Shown here in pieces: positions 16,714-27,458 of a stretch of 50,104 nucleotides of DNA. Both the position numbers and the translations under genes were made by a program. The notes below the pieces were generated by a model, which was not told the DNA's origin, did not search any database, and saw nothing but the letters and a program-made list of their open reading frames with translations. This DNA comes from Spirulina sp. Its GTDB lineage: Bacteria; Cyanobacteriota; Cyanobacteriia; Phormidesmidales; Phormidesmidaceae. The stretch lies in assembly GCA_044070495.1 (NCBI GenBank), contig JBIPSI010000036.1, positions 1 through 50,104 on the forward strand. Reading direction: 5' to 3'. Positions within the stretch are counted from its first letter, which is position 1, and each line of letters begins with the position of its first letter.

Positions 16714-18636
16714 TTAGGCGGGATCAGACCGACGAGCCGCCCGTCTCAGGTTCAACAACCGCTCTAGGCTGAGGGAAACTACCCCTAAGGTTACCAGCAC
16801 CACCCCCATCCACTGAATAAATTGCAGGGCAGACTTTTCCCCCGGCAAGACTAGGTAGGCCAAAACAGCGGTGACCACGGGGCCACTGGCCGCCACGATG
16901 GACGCCTGGGCCGCCCCCATCAGTTTGACGCCGTAGTTGTTGAAGAGATAGCCCAGCAGGGTCAAAAACCCTAGCATCAGCCCCCCTAGGTAAAGGCCAA
17001 GCTGGCTATTCGGCTCGCTGGGTTGCAGGCCAAAGAACGACCCGACAATCAAAATCACGCTGGTAAGGCCGAAGACCGTGGAAAACTGCATCAGGCTGAC
17101 GGGCACCGGATGGAGCCGCCGAAAGCTGAGCTGCATCGCCACTAGGTATAGGGCGAAGGCCACACTGGACACCATGGCCGCCCCCACCCCCCAGGGAGAT
17201 ACCGTACTGGTACTGATGTCGCTGGAGATGCGGGGCAGGGCCGTGAATACAATGCCCATGGTGATGGCGAACATGACCACCAAACGCAGGGGGGTGGGCC
17301 GATCTCCAAACAAGGCCCAGGCAAGGGGCACAGTGATGAGGGGATACATGAATAGGAGCGTTACGGCGACCCCTGGCCCAATGTCAGAAATGGCCTTGTA
17401 GATCAGGACTTGGGAGAGAAATAGGAAACCGCCGCTGGCCAAGACCTGAATTAGGGGGCGGCGATCCTCCTGGGCGAGAAGTTGTCCAATTTCCTGGCCT
17501 ACGGTGGGCCGCAGGCGTTGGGCCACGATGACCATGAGCGGCACCACCACGACCATCCGCAACCACAGCAACAGGAGCGAGTTGGGAATCGTAAGCGGCA
17601 GGATCGCCTCCACGGGGAACCGCCCTAGCACCTGCCCACCATAGCCAATCAACCCCACCAGAACGTTATGGATGGATAGCGCTACGGTGGACAGCACCAC
17701 CAAAATCAGACCTGCCTGAAGTTGGCTGCGGCTCATGGCCGGGGTCTGTGGGGCAGGGGGCGGGTTTTGGGGTTTTGATCGAGAACCCTCTGGCGTAGTG
17801 AGTGATGTCTGATCGGATAGTCCCCTCGGTAGACCTGGCCGAGGTCGTGCCCCAGCGGGAAGCTGTCCTGGACTCTCGGTGGTCGGCGGTGCGAGATATT
17901 GAGCATTGCTCCCCCTAGGCCAAGGGTTAGCAGGAGGACTCCACAGTCCTTGGCCTGGAAGTTCCGGCGGACGTTGTCCCGACGGCAGAGCAACGTCCGC
18001 CGCCGACTCCCGCCCGACCATGCCCGGTCTCCGTTGGGGGGGCTGCACCATCTGAATCTGAAGCTGTTGGCTCATCCGGGCTACTAGCGCCTCTAGGATG
18101 GCCTCCCCCTGCTGCTCCATGCTGTGCATTCGGCTGACCTGCTGGGACAGGCTGCTTTGATAGCCATGGAGATCTTGCTGGAGAGCCTTGAGGGCACTGT
18201 GGAGGCTGCTGTCAAGGGCGGTTAGGCGTTCGCTAGCCTCGGTAAAGGAGGTGAGCGCATCCCCCCCAGCAACTGCCCCAGGGGCCAGCAGCGACTCCGT
18301 CAGCCGAGCCTGGAGATGGGTGGCAAGGGCCTGGGCTAGACGCTTGGCCCACACCTGCTGCTGGGCAATCTGCGCCTCACTGAGGGCTTGGCTGTGGTTT
18401 TCTCGCAACGCTTGATAGTCAGCCTTAAGCTGGGAAAAATCCCCCTCCAAGGTCTCAATATCGGCCATCAGCCGCTGCTTACGGCTTTGTAGGTAGGTAA
18501 TATCCTCGGTCAACTGAGCCGAAATCTTTTGACGTAGGGCCTCAAGGTCTTGGCCTAGGCCCTTGATCGCGTCCTCCGCCACCGATGATGAAGGATGAGG
18601 TGATGGGTCATTGGGTAGATGATCAATTGGCCCCAT
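16714..18636 (-). CDS. sepJ: Septal junction protein SepJ (FraG)
   Basis: N-terminal coiled coil (QQQVWAKRLAQALA..LQ; YQSSLSQQVSRMHSMEQQGEAILEALV), Pro-rich linker and C-terminal DMT/EamA permease. Confidence 0.88.
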   Translation of the reverse strand: MGPIDHLPNDPSPHPSSSVAEDAIKGLGQDLEALRQKISAQLTEDITYLQSRKQRLMADIETLEGDFSQLKADYQALRENHSQALSEAQIAQQQVWAKRLAQALATHLQARLTESLLAPGAVAGGDALTSFTEASERLTALDSSLHSALKALQQDLHGYQSSLSQQVSRMHSMEQQGEAILEALVARMSQQLQIQMVQPPQRRPGMVGRESAADVALPSGQRPPELPGQGLWSPPANPWPRGSNAQYLAPPTTESPGQLPAGARPRPGLPRGLSDQTSLTTPEGSRSKPQNPPPAPQTPAMSRSQLQAGLILVVLSTVALSIHNVLVGLIGYGGQVLGRFPVEAILPLTIPNSLLLLWLRMVVVVPLMVIVAQRLRPTVGQEIGQLLAQEDRRPLIQVLASGGFLFLSQVLIYKAISDIGPGVAVTLLFMYPLITVPLAWALFGDRPTPLRLVVMFAITMGIVFTALPRISSDISTSTVSPWGVGAAMVSSVAFALYLVAMQLSFRRLHPVPVSLMQFSTVFGLTSVILIVGSFFGLQPSEPNSQLGLYLGGLMLGFLTLLGYLFNNYGVKLMGAAQASIVAASGPVVTAVLAYLVLPGEKSALQFIQWMGVVLVTLGVVSLSLERLLNLRRAARRSDPA

Positions 18637-18671
18637 GGGATCTGTCTCGAATGCTGCAACCCACCTGACCC

Positions 18672-18961
18672 TGGATAGCCCAAGGGAACTAGGTCAACCT
18701 GGATGATAGTATTGTGCGCAAAAAATGGAAAAAGATCTCACCGAAATCCTGTTCCACTCATGCTCCTCATCCTAGGTTGATAGGCCGGAGAAATCCAGTA
18801 TATGGGAGCCCTAAGGCTCAGGACAAGGCTCTGGTTGAGGGCATTAAGATTTAAATAACGCCCAAGGTAAGACCAGAATCTCCGTTAGGGTGTGTCCTAA
18901 TATCAGTAACGGTTCTCATCCGGTTAACACGCTAATCCCAACCTAGGCCTTGGGCTATCCA
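18672..18961. repeat. 14-bp inverted repeat pair about 260 bp apart upstream of sepJ
   Basis: TGGATAGCCCAAGG (18672-18685) and CCTTGGGCTATCCA (18948-18961) are exact reverse complements. Confidence 0.6.
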
Positions 18962-19064
18962 AGGGACGGCAAAAACCATGGGGCTGTCTTCCGCCGATCA
19001 TCCCCTGAAGACAGGGTGGTGGAGAGGCTTGGGGCCAGCTTTGGATCAAAAATCCTACGTAGTA

Positions 19065-19427
19065 TTAAAAGGAGTCTAAATCTAGCGCCTTTGAGCCACC
19101 TTCCTCAATCATGGCCAGAATTTTGCCCAATTGCGACCAAATGAGAAGACCACTGAGAAGCGTCATCGGGGCTCCCATGGCGTAGGCAACCTGACCCGAA
19201 AAGCCAAACAGTTGAATACCGGAGGCTAGGAAAACGCACACGCCAGCGCAGATACCAAAGAAGGGAATCTTAAGCTGAGGGCCACGCAGGGTGGCTAGAA
19301 TGCGGGTGGAACGCTTACGGTTCCAGTCGCTGACGGATTCTTGTAGGGCGGTGCTAAAGGCATAACCAGAGGTGACGGCGGCAAGGAAGCCCGCCAAGAG
19401 CAGAATGTAGGGAGGTTGGGAATACAC
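19065..19427 (-). CDS. Conserved cyanobacterial membrane protein
   Basis: PPYILLLAG...three hydrophobic segments...GGSKALDLD; GTG start at 19427. Confidence 0.7.
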   Translation of the reverse strand: MYSQPPYILLLAGFLAAVTSGYAFSTALQESVSDWNRKRSTRILATLRGPQLKIPFFGICAGVCVFLASGIQLFGFSGQVAYAMGAPMTLLSGLLIWSQLGKILAMIEEGGSKALDLDSF

Positions 19428-19504
19428 GGGTAACGCTCTGAAACAATCATTAATCTTTAGCAATTATAGGGGAGAGGTCGCCCTTCGCTAGGGTGGCCCT
19501 GGCC

Positions 19505-21211
19505 CTAAACCTGGAGCACCTGGCGCAGTTCTCCCATGCCGGGTACCAGTTGTTCAGCCTGTTCTAGGGAGTAGGTGGTGAAGGCTCCCCAGGCGGCACC
19601 CAGCACCCGATCCATGGTCAGATCGTCCTTTACTAAGGCCCATAGGCGCTGTACCTCCTCGGTGTGGAGGCGGTCATTTTCGGTTAAGGCCAGCAGCAGC
19701 ATCCGACGCAGATGCAGCCCTTCCTCCGACATGAGGTAGCGAATGCCTAGGCCAGCGGTCGGCAGGACATCGAAGTGGCTGTCGCTACGGGCAATGGCCA
19801 GCATATTTTCCAGCCGTTGCCACTGCAATTGACCATCTTTAAAAATTACCTCTAACAGGCGCTGGCGTAGGGCCGGAGTCTCGCCCAACAACAGCCGACG
19901 GGCAACGTAGGGGTAGGCCACATCCACAATCTTAAAATCGGGATTGAGGCTGAGGGCTAGCCCTTCCTGGGTGACGAGGGAGCGAATGATCAGGGCAAAC
20001 TGGGCGGGCACCCGGAAGGGGTACTCGTACATTAGCTCTGAGAATTGATCGGTGATGGTTTTGAAGTTAAAGTCCTGTACCCTGGCCCCCATGGCATCCC
20101 CCAGCACCCGCTTAAGGGCGGGGATAATGGGGCCTAGCTCGGTATCTGGGGTGAGGAAGCCCAGCTTGACAAAGGCCAGACCCAGTCGCTCAAAGTCTTG
20201 GTTAATGAGGTAAACAATGGCATCTACCAGGGTTTCCTTGGTCTCCTGGTTGAGTTGATCCATCATACCAAAGTCGATGTAGGCCATGCGGCCATCGGCT
20301 AGGGCAAACAGGTTACCGGGGTGAGGATCGGCATGGAAGAAGCCAAATTCCAGCAGTTGCCGCAGCCCAGAGGTCACACCAATTTCAATCAGGCGATCCT
20401 GCTCTAGGTTAGCCGCCGCCATCCCTTCGGCGTCGGTGAGCTTGCTGCCCTCAATCCATTCCAGGGTCAAGACTCGATGGCTGCTATAGGGCCAGTAGAT
20501 TGTGGGTACCTTGACCGTTGGATCGTCTTTAAAGTTAGCCGCGAATCGCTCGGCGTTGCGACCTTCGTTGAGGTAGTCAATTTCCTCAAATAGCTTGGTG
20601 CCAAACTCGTCCACAATCAGGGTGAGATCGTGGCCAAGGTTGAGGGGCAGGAACCGCGCCATCCACCCAGCGGCCCAGCGCATCAGGTAAAGATCGCGGC
20701 TGAGCAGGGGCCGGAGATTGGGGCGCTGCACCTTGACAGCCACCTCTTCGCCAGAAAAGAGGCGGGCTCGGTAGACTTGGCCTAGGCTAGCGGCAGCTAC
20801 GGGGGCCGGGGAAATGGTACTAAAAATTTCTTCGGGGGAGTAGCCCAGTTCCGCCTCAATGATGGCGCGGGCTAGGGGGGTAGGGAAGGGGGGAAGCTGA
20901 TCCTGAAGCTTAGTCAGTTCCTCCAAAAAGTCTTTACGGACGAGGTCGGGTCGGGTAGATAGCGCCTGACCGACCTTAATGAAGGTTGGCCCTAGATCAA
21001 TCAGCACCTGCCGTAGCTGGGAGGCCCGTTTTTGTCGGTTTTGTTCCTCTCGCCGGAACCACCGATCCATGTTTAACCCCAGAACAAAGGTGCCTAGCCA
21101 CCAGAGAATTTGCACCACCCTGGTCGTCAGTGTCCACCAGCGCCAGCGAAAATGACGGGCTATGACGGCAGCGTCATAGGCCCACATAGCATTGGGATCT
21201 TCACCAGTCAC
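19505..21211 (-). CDS. ABC1/AarF/UbiB family atypical kinase
   Basis: LGPTFIKVGQ.LSTRPD, AAASLGQVY, VAVKVQRP, FFHADPHPGN and IDFGM. Confidence 0.93.
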   Translation of the reverse strand: MTGEDPNAMWAYDAAVIARHFRWRWWTLTTRVVQILWWLGTFVLGLNMDRWFRREEQNRQKRASQLRQVLIDLGPTFIKVGQALSTRPDLVRKDFLEELTKLQDQLPPFPTPLARAIIEAELGYSPEEIFSTISPAPVAAASLGQVYRARLFSGEEVAVKVQRPNLRPLLSRDLYLMRWAAGWMARFLPLNLGHDLTLIVDEFGTKLFEEIDYLNEGRNAERFAANFKDDPTVKVPTIYWPYSSHRVLTLEWIEGSKLTDAEGMAAANLEQDRLIEIGVTSGLRQLLEFGFFHADPHPGNLFALADGRMAYIDFGMMDQLNQETKETLVDAIVYLINQDFERLGLAFVKLGFLTPDTELGPIIPALKRVLGDAMGARVQDFNFKTITDQFSELMYEYPFRVPAQFALIIRSLVTQEGLALSLNPDFKIVDVAYPYVARRLLLGETPALRQRLLEVIFKDGQLQWQRLENMLAIARSDSHFDVLPTAGLGIRYLMSEEGLHLRRMLLLALTENDRLHTEEVQRLWALVKDDLTMDRVLGAAWGAFTTYSLEQAEQLVPGMGELRQVLQV

Positions 21212-21360
21212 AGTATGCGCGCCTCTCTTCCGGGGGATAGGAGAACATTAAAATGGGGCACAGCCACCGGGCGTGAGCTATGCGGCATCATGTCCGGGGA
21301 GAATTCATCCGAGAATTCACTGACTTTAGTATCAGGTCTGCTCGTCTTCTATTAAGACTA

Positions 21361-21374
21361 GTATAGAAAACTAC
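21361..21374. promoter_or_regulatory. Candidate NtcA box
   Basis: GTA-TAGAAAAC-TAC(A) in the AT-rich region upstream of the ABC1 kinase. Confidence 0.35.
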
Positions 21375-21628
21375 AAACAAATTTATCTAAGAAAACCTAC
21401 CTATTGCCTTGGCTTTCCTCCGCCTACGGATAGAGTCTTCTCAATCTTTCGGCGGAACGCTGCGTACCCAATGGGGCTAGGCGACCTCGGCACCCGTTGG
21501 GCAAAACCCCACACCACTATTCCTAAGCTTTGACCCTGGGGATCAGAGTTGCGTAACGTGAACGGGGTGCTGTGCCAATCGTCTATGCCGACTAGCCCAC
21601 AGAATGTGGTTCTCTGAATGCCGGGAAG

Positions 21629-22786
21629 CTAGCAGTATTGGGCGGTTTTTACGCCAACCTCCGACAGCACTTGCCGCAGGGTAGCCACGACGACATCCTG
21701 GCGGGCGGCATCTAGCTCTGGGAACATGGGCAGGGAAAGGACCTGGTGGGCGGCGGCTTCGGCCTGGGGCAAGTCGCCCGGTTTATAGCCGAGGGCCTGG
21801 TAGACCGGCTGAAGGTGCAGGGGCAGAGGGTAGTAAACCATGCAGATCACCCCGGCCTCGCGCATGCGCTGCTGGATGTGGTTGCGATCTTGGCCGTTGG
21901 CGGTGGCCCCCACAATCCGCAGGGTGTACTGGTTCCACACCGATTGCCCAAAGGTGGGGGCCTGGGGCCGCACAATCCCTGGCACATCCGCCAGCAGAGC
22001 ATCGTAGCGTTGGGCCACGGTGGCGCGCTGCTGGTTCCACTGATCCAGGTAGCGCAGCTTGATGGTCAAAATGGCGGCCTGTACGGCATCGAGGCGACTG
22101 TTCACGCCAATGGCTTCGTGGTGATACCGCACCCGACTGCCGTGCTCTCGCAGCATGGTCATGGTGGCGGCTAGTTCGGGATCGTTGGTGGTGATGGCTC
22201 CACCATCGCCGCAGCCGCCCAGGTTTTTAGTGGGGAAAAAGCTAAAGCAGCCGACATGGCCAAGACTACCGACGGTTTTGCCCTGCCATTGGGCTCCCGT
22301 GGCCTGGGCACAGTCTTCAATGACCGCCAACTGGTGGCGACTGGCCAAATCGAGCAGTGGCCCCATATCCACCGGACAACCAAACAGGTGTACGGGCATG
22401 ATGGCGCGGCTGCGGGGGGTGATCGCCGCCTCAATTTTTGTGATATCGAGGTTGAAGGTATCCAGATCGATATCGACAAAAACGGGGGTAGCGCCCACGG
22501 CACTGATGGCTTCGGCGGTGGCAATGAAGGTGAAGGGGGAGGTGATGACTTCGTCCCCAGGTCCAATTTTAAGGGCGCGGAGGGCGAGGTAAAGGGCATC
22601 GGTGCCAGAATTACAAACCACGCAATGATCGGTGCCCACGGAACGGCCAAAGGCTTCGGTGAAGGCTTGAACCACAGGCCCATTAATATACTGACCCGAT
22701 GCCAGTACCTCGGCCACCGCCGCATTCACTTCGGCCTGAATTCGCGTAAACTGCTCCGTCAGATCAACAGGAGGAATCACAGCCAC
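21629..22786 (-). CDS. DegT/DnrJ/EryC1/StrS aminotransferase
   Basis: NSGTDAL, PVHLFG, IEDCAQA, SFFPTKNLG..GDGG, NSRLD and LSLPMFP. Confidence 0.93.
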   Translation of the reverse strand: MAVIPPVDLTEQFTRIQAEVNAAVAEVLASGQYINGPVVQAFTEAFGRSVGTDHCVVCNSGTDALYLALRALKIGPGDEVITSPFTFIATAEAISAVGATPVFVDIDLDTFNLDITKIEAAITPRSRAIMPVHLFGCPVDMGPLLDLASRHQLAVIEDCAQATGAQWQGKTVGSLGHVGCFSFFPTKNLGGCGDGGAITTNDPELAATMTMLREHGSRVRYHHEAIGVNSRLDAVQAAILTIKLRYLDQWNQQRATVAQRYDALLADVPGIVRPQAPTFGQSVWNQYTLRIVGATANGQDRNHIQQRMREAGVICMVYYPLPLHLQPVYQALGYKPGDLPQAEAAAHQVLSLPMFPELDAARQDVVVATLRQVLSEVGVKTAQYC

Positions 22787-22891
22787 TCGCTCACACTCAC
22801 GAACTTAGATAGGGTTAGTGTACCGTACTATTTGAGACCTCGTGGGTTCCCCCGTCCCCCCGTTCAGCCCATTGATTGCGTCCTAGCCGCC

Positions 22892-24001
22892 ATGACCGAG
22901 TCCTTTGCCATCAACCCCCAAGACCCCGTTCATCGACAGTGGATGGCTCGCTGCTTAGCCTTGGCTCAGCAAGCCGCCGGACAAACGGCCCCCAACCCGA
23001 TGGTGGGTTCGGTCATCGTGCAGGCTGGGGAGGTGGTGGGGGAGGGATTTCACCCCGGTGCAGGGCAGCCCCATGCCGAGGTATTTGCCCTAGGGCAGGC
23101 GGGGGATAGGGCCAAGGGATCCACGCTCTACGTCAACCTTGAACCCTGCAACCATACCGGGCGCACCCCACCCTGCACGGAGGCGATTATTCGGGCGGGA
23201 GTGCAGCGGGTGGTGGCGGGGATGGTGGATCCCGATCCACGAGTTTCTGGCGGCGGGCTAGCTCGGCTGCGGGAGGCCGGAATTGAGGTGGTGGTTGGGG
23301 TGGAGGAAGCGGCCTGTCGGCGGTTGAACGAGGCTTTTATCTGTCGGGTGCGACGTCGGCGTCCCTTCGGTCTGTTGAAATACGCCATGACCCTAGACGG
23401 CAAAATTGCCACTACCACAGGCCATAGCCAATGGGTGACGGGGCCAGAGGCGCGGGCGGCGGTACATCAACTGCGGGCCGTTTGCGATTCCGTTGTGGTG
23501 GGCGGCAACACCGTGCGCCATGATAATCCCCGCCTCACCAGCCATGGCCATAGTCCCCACAATCCCCGCCGGGTAGTGATGAGCCGCACCATGGATCTCC
23601 CAGATCAGGCTCACCTGTGGGATACCTCGATGGCTCCGACGACTGTGTTTACCAGTGCCGCCGCCGCTATGGAAAAGCGTCAATTATTAGAGCAGGCTGG
23701 AGTTGAGGTGGTCGTCATGGATGTTCTTACTCCCATGGCCGTTATGGCTTACCTGTACGATCAAGGCTGCGCCCAGGTGTTGTGGGAATGCGGCGGCATC
23801 CTCGCGGCCCAGGCGATTCAGGACGGTGTGATTGATAAAGTGTGGGCCTTTGTGGCTCCTAAGTTGGTGGGAGGACAGGGAGCTTCTACGCCCCTGGGGA
23901 ACCTGGGCATCAGCGAGATGTCTGCGGCCCTACCCCTTGCCGATTTCACCTGGCGACCCCTGGGGGCGGATCTGTTATTGGAGGGGTATCTGACGCAATG
24001 A
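22892..24001 (+). CDS. ribD: Riboflavin biosynthesis deaminase/reductase RibD
   Basis: PNPMVG, HAE, LEPCNH.GRTPPC and KYAMTLDGKIA. The real start is ATG 22892. Confidence 0.95.
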   Translation: MTESFAINPQDPVHRQWMARCLALAQQAAGQTAPNPMVGSVIVQAGEVVGEGFHPGAGQPHAEVFALGQAGDRAKGSTLYVNLEPCNHTGRTPPCTEAIIRAGVQRVVAGMVDPDPRVSGGGLARLREAGIEVVVGVEEAACRRLNEAFICRVRRRRPFGLLKYAMTLDGKIATTTGHSQWVTGPEARAAVHQLRAVCDSVVVGGNTVRHDNPRLTSHGHSPHNPRRVVMSRTMDLPDQAHLWDTSMAPTTVFTSAAAAMEKRQLLEQAGVEVVVMDVLTPMAVMAYLYDQGCAQVLWECGGILAAQAIQDGVIDKVWAFVAPKLVGGQGASTPLGNLGISEMSAALPLADFTWRPLGADLLLEGYLTQ

Positions 24002-24130
24002 CTCCAAACCACGCATCAAGCTGCCATGGTTTGGGCTTAAGGGGGGAATTGAGGCATAGACCCAGAACCTACGCCCCGGCCCCATGCACCTGGCTACCGA
24101 GGGAAAGGTGGATGGCCTTGACCGGTGGGA

Positions 24131-24499
24131 CTAGGGATAAATGCGCACGAGAGGAGACATTTCGTAGCGTAGGGATCGCTGGTGCATAAAGCTATCGAGC
24201 ACTTGCCGCATGTCATCTTTGCTGCGGAAGGTTTCTAGGCGCTGCCGCAGTTCACCGTTCTCAAACAGCAACAGGGTGGGCAGACTGGAGAGGCGGTAGG
24301 TATTGGCCAATCGGAGGTTTTCATCGGCGTTGACATCCACAAGGCGAACTTGGCCTTCCCACTCGACCTGAAAGTGATTGAGCAGGGGAGTCACCATCTT
24401 GCAGAGTCCGCACCAGGGAGCCCAAAAATGAACAAGCACAGGTAACTCTGAGGCTAAAACGGTGGATTCAAAGGTGGCTTCGCTCACGGAGGTTGACAT
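24131..24499 (-). CDS. trxC: Cyanobacterial thioredoxin C (WCGLC)
   Basis: FWAPWCGLC active site and LPTLLLF. Confidence 0.8.
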   Translation of the reverse strand: MSTSVSEATFESTVLASELPVLVHFWAPWCGLCKMVTPLLNHFQVEWEGQVRLVDVNADENLRLANTYRLSSLPTLLLFENGELRQRLETFRSKDDMRQVLDSFMHQRSLRYEMSPLVRIYP

Positions 24500-24833
24500 C
24501 GGTATGTTTAAGAAATTTGGTTATTAGCTTAATTGTGGCACCTCGCTGCACGTTGGCAACATCCCTTGACCTAACCCCACCAGAACCGGCGAACCAAACG
24601 GCAAATTACCCCAGAGTTCGGAGGGTATGGCTCGGCCACCATGGGGCCTAGTTTAGGCCCAAATTCGCAGAACGCTGGGGCCTATCCCAGGGATGACGCA
24701 CCTGGGATCATTGTAGATCAAGGACGAATTGACGTTAACGGGCTACGGACTGCCCGCCACCGAAGGATGATCCCCATCGCTAGGCCGGTGTAGGGGGGCC
24801 ATTTGGGCCGGACATCTAAGGGATAGTCATAAC

Positions 24834-27458
24834 CTAGGCGATCTGGGGCACATGGCGGGACAGAAGGGCTTGGGCTTCTTCCACGGGGAGGGGTTTGGCA
24901 AAGAAGTAGCCCTGGCCGTAGTCGCAGTGTTCCTGTTTCAGCATGGTCACCTGTTCTAGGGTTTCCACCCCTTCTGCGACCACCTCCATGCCCAACTTTT
25001 GTCCTAGGGTAAGAATCGTGTGAATGATGGCCCGATCTTCGTTGCTTTTTTCCAACCGCCCCACAAAAGATTTATCGACCTTCAGGGTGTCCATGGGGAA
25101 GCGGTGGAGATAGCTGAGGGAGGAATAGCCGGTACCAAAGTCGTCGATGGCGAGCTTTAGATCCAAGGACTTCAGCTTCAGCATCAAGTCAATCGCCGCG
25201 TCCACATCGCCCATGACCATGCTTTCGGTAATTTCTAGGCGCACACAGTCTCCGCGCACCTGGGTATCTTGAAGAGCCGCTTTGACTTGGCTAATCAAGT
25301 CAGACTGGCCAAACTGCCGATTCGACAGGTTGATACTCATGGTCAGGTGAGGATGCTGGGGAAACATCTGGTGCCAGGTGTGCAGTTGGCGGCAGGCTTC
25401 CCGGAAGATCCACTGACCGAGGGCCATAATCAGCCCCGTTTCCTCAGCGGCGGGAATAAAGGCGCTGGGCAACACAAAGCCTCGATCCTTTTGGTGCCAG
25501 CGCACGAGAGCCTCAAACCCCGCCAGTTCTCCGGTGGCGAGGCGGATAATCGGCTGGTAGTAGAGCAGAAATTCCTGGTTATCAAGGGCGCTGAGGAGGT
25601 CGCTTTCCAACTGAAGACGGTTGACCGCTTCGGTGAGCATCCCCGCCGCAAACACCTCAAAGCGAGATTTACCCAAGGCTTTGGCTCGATACATGGCCGT
25701 ATGGGCGTCCCGCAACAGATCGGCGGGCTTGTGGGCGAGACCAGGCTGGCTGATGGCCATGCCCATGCTGATGGTGCTCGGCAACTTTTGCCCTTGCAGG
25801 GTGATGGGCTCTGAGAGGGTGTACTGGAGGGCATCCATCCGCTCCCCTGCCGTCTCGTTGTCCATATTGGTTAGCATCAGGGCAAATTCATCGCCGCCCA
25901 CCCGCGCCACCTTGGCCTCTAAGGGCATGTGTTGAATCAACCGCTGGGCAATGATGCGCAGTACCCGATCCCCCGCTTGGTGCCCCAGACTTTCGTTGAT
26001 CACCTTAAACCGATCAATACCCATGAAAACGACAATCACCGGATCGGCCTCCGGGTCGCCGGGGTGCTGGCGCAGGGCTTTTTGAATGCTGGTGAGGAAT
26101 GCCTCGCGATTGGCCAGCCCGGTGAGGGGATCGTGGGTGCTGCGGTAGAGCAGCTTGTAGGCAATCACCGCTGAGGTGGTGGTGATAATGCCCACGATCG
26201 GCTCGGCGATGGGTAGCCAGAGGAGTTGCTGCACCGTGATCCAGCCTACCCCCACGACCCCCACCAGCAACACCACGCTCGATCCCAGCATCAGGCTAGG
26301 ACGCTTGAGCCCCCAGACCAGGGTGCCTGCGGCTAGGCACCAACCCAATAGCCATAGCCCTTCACTCCAGGGTGACAAATAGCGATACAGTGCTGGCTTG
26401 CCCTCGATTAAATCCAAAAGCTGGCTCACCATCTGGGCATGGATCACCACCCCCGCCATGGTCAGATCTTCGTCTTGGTTAAAGCTGAAGGGGGTATAGA
26501 AGCGATCCTTGAGGCTAGCCGCCGTGGTGCCAATCAGCACCACTTGATCCGTAATCCAGTCGGGGTCAAACTGGCCGCTGAGCACCTGGCTCATAGAGAG
26601 TTGGCGGGCGGGTAGGTGGCGGCTGTGGTAGCGCAGCAGAATTTGGTAACCACTGCTGTCTACCGATTGATAACCCCCGTCTGGAGCGGAGAGAACCCGA
26701 ATGGGGATATCGCCCAGGTAAAGGTGATTTTCGTCAGTGTTTAAGGGAAGGGGATCGCCCTGGCTATCCGCGAGGACAACCCGCAACCCAAAGGAGTAGT
26801 GACCATTCTCTGGTCGGCCCACAAACAGTAGGTTTCTGCGAATGATGCCATCTGAATCGGTCGGGAAGTCGTTGAACCCAATCCGCTCAGCCCCCACCGT
26901 TGGCGGGGGTGGCACTTCCCCCAGTCCTGGCGCATTGCCCACATTTTTAATGGCAATTAGATTTTCAGCGGCCAACTGCTCGACAAGGGCCTCAGACCCC
27001 GGTGGACGAAAGGTACTGCGGTAGAGATCGAGCCCTACCACCCGAGGCTGATGCGCCTGGATAGCTTCAAGCAAGGTCGCCAACTGCCCGTCTGAGAGCG
27101 GCCAACCGTACTGGCGCAGATCCCCCTCACTCAGGCCAATAATCGTGATGCGCGGATTGAGATCCTGATCTGGCAGGGAGCGCACAATGCGGTCAAACAC
27201 AAATAGCTCGGCTGGTTCCAGGATTTGTAGCCATTTCAGCCCTGTGATGCACAAGCCCGCAAACAGGCTGGATAACAGGATGATTTTGCCCCCAGTCGCT
27301 AAGGTTTGGGTCTCCGACGGGTAGAGTACCTTGGGTAGTACAACGTGGCGAAGAACGTGATTGAAGTACTTAAAAGAGGCTTTCACAGTCTCTGGAATCC
27401 CCGATGAGGTCAGTTTGCGGCCATAGTTGCATCCTGTAATCGATGACCCAAGCGTCAA
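24834..27458 (-). CDS. CHASE2-GGDEF-EAL diguanylate cyclase/phosphodiesterase
   Basis: CHASE2 (WPLSD, VGLDLYR, DSDGIIRR, VLIG.TA, GVVIHA), three TM helices, DPLTGLANR, ARVGGDEF, FEALVRW, DDFGTGYSSL and EGVET. Start uncertain. Confidence 0.92.
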   Translation of the reverse strand: MTLGSSITGCNYGRKLTSSGIPETVKASFKYFNHVLRHVVLPKVLYPSETQTLATGGKIILLSSLFAGLCITGLKWLQILEPAELFVFDRIVRSLPDQDLNPRITIIGLSEGDLRQYGWPLSDGQLATLLEAIQAHQPRVVGLDLYRSTFRPPGSEALVEQLAAENLIAIKNVGNAPGLGEVPPPPTVGAERIGFNDFPTDSDGIIRRNLLFVGRPENGHYSFGLRVVLADSQGDPLPLNTDENHLYLGDIPIRVLSAPDGGYQSVDSSGYQILLRYHSRHLPARQLSMSQVLSGQFDPDWITDQVVLIGTTAASLKDRFYTPFSFNQDEDLTMAGVVIHAQMVSQLLDLIEGKPALYRYLSPWSEGLWLLGWCLAAGTLVWGLKRPSLMLGSSVVLLVGVVGVGWITVQQLLWLPIAEPIVGIITTTSAVIAYKLLYRSTHDPLTGLANREAFLTSIQKALRQHPGDPEADPVIVVFMGIDRFKVINESLGHQAGDRVLRIIAQRLIQHMPLEAKVARVGGDEFALMLTNMDNETAGERMDALQYTLSEPITLQGQKLPSTISMGMAISQPGLAHKPADLLRDAHTAMYRAKALGKSRFEVFAAGMLTEAVNRLQLESDLLSALDNQEFLLYYQPIIRLATGELAGFEALVRWHQKDRGFVLPSAFIPAAEETGLIMALGQWIFREACRQLHTWHQMFPQHPHLTMSINLSNRQFGQSDLISQVKAALQDTQVRGDCVRLEITESMVMGDVDAAIDLMLKLKSLDLKLAIDDFGTGYSSLSYLHRFPMDTLKVDKSFVGRLEKSNEDRAIIHTILTLGQKLGMEVVAEGVETLEQVTMLKQEHCDYGQGYFFAKPLPVEEAQALLSRHVPQIA

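Noticed and set aside
22256..22891. Apparent 212-aa N-terminal extension of RibD
   Set aside because: It is the antisense shadow of the DegT gene; RibD homology starts at ATG 22892.
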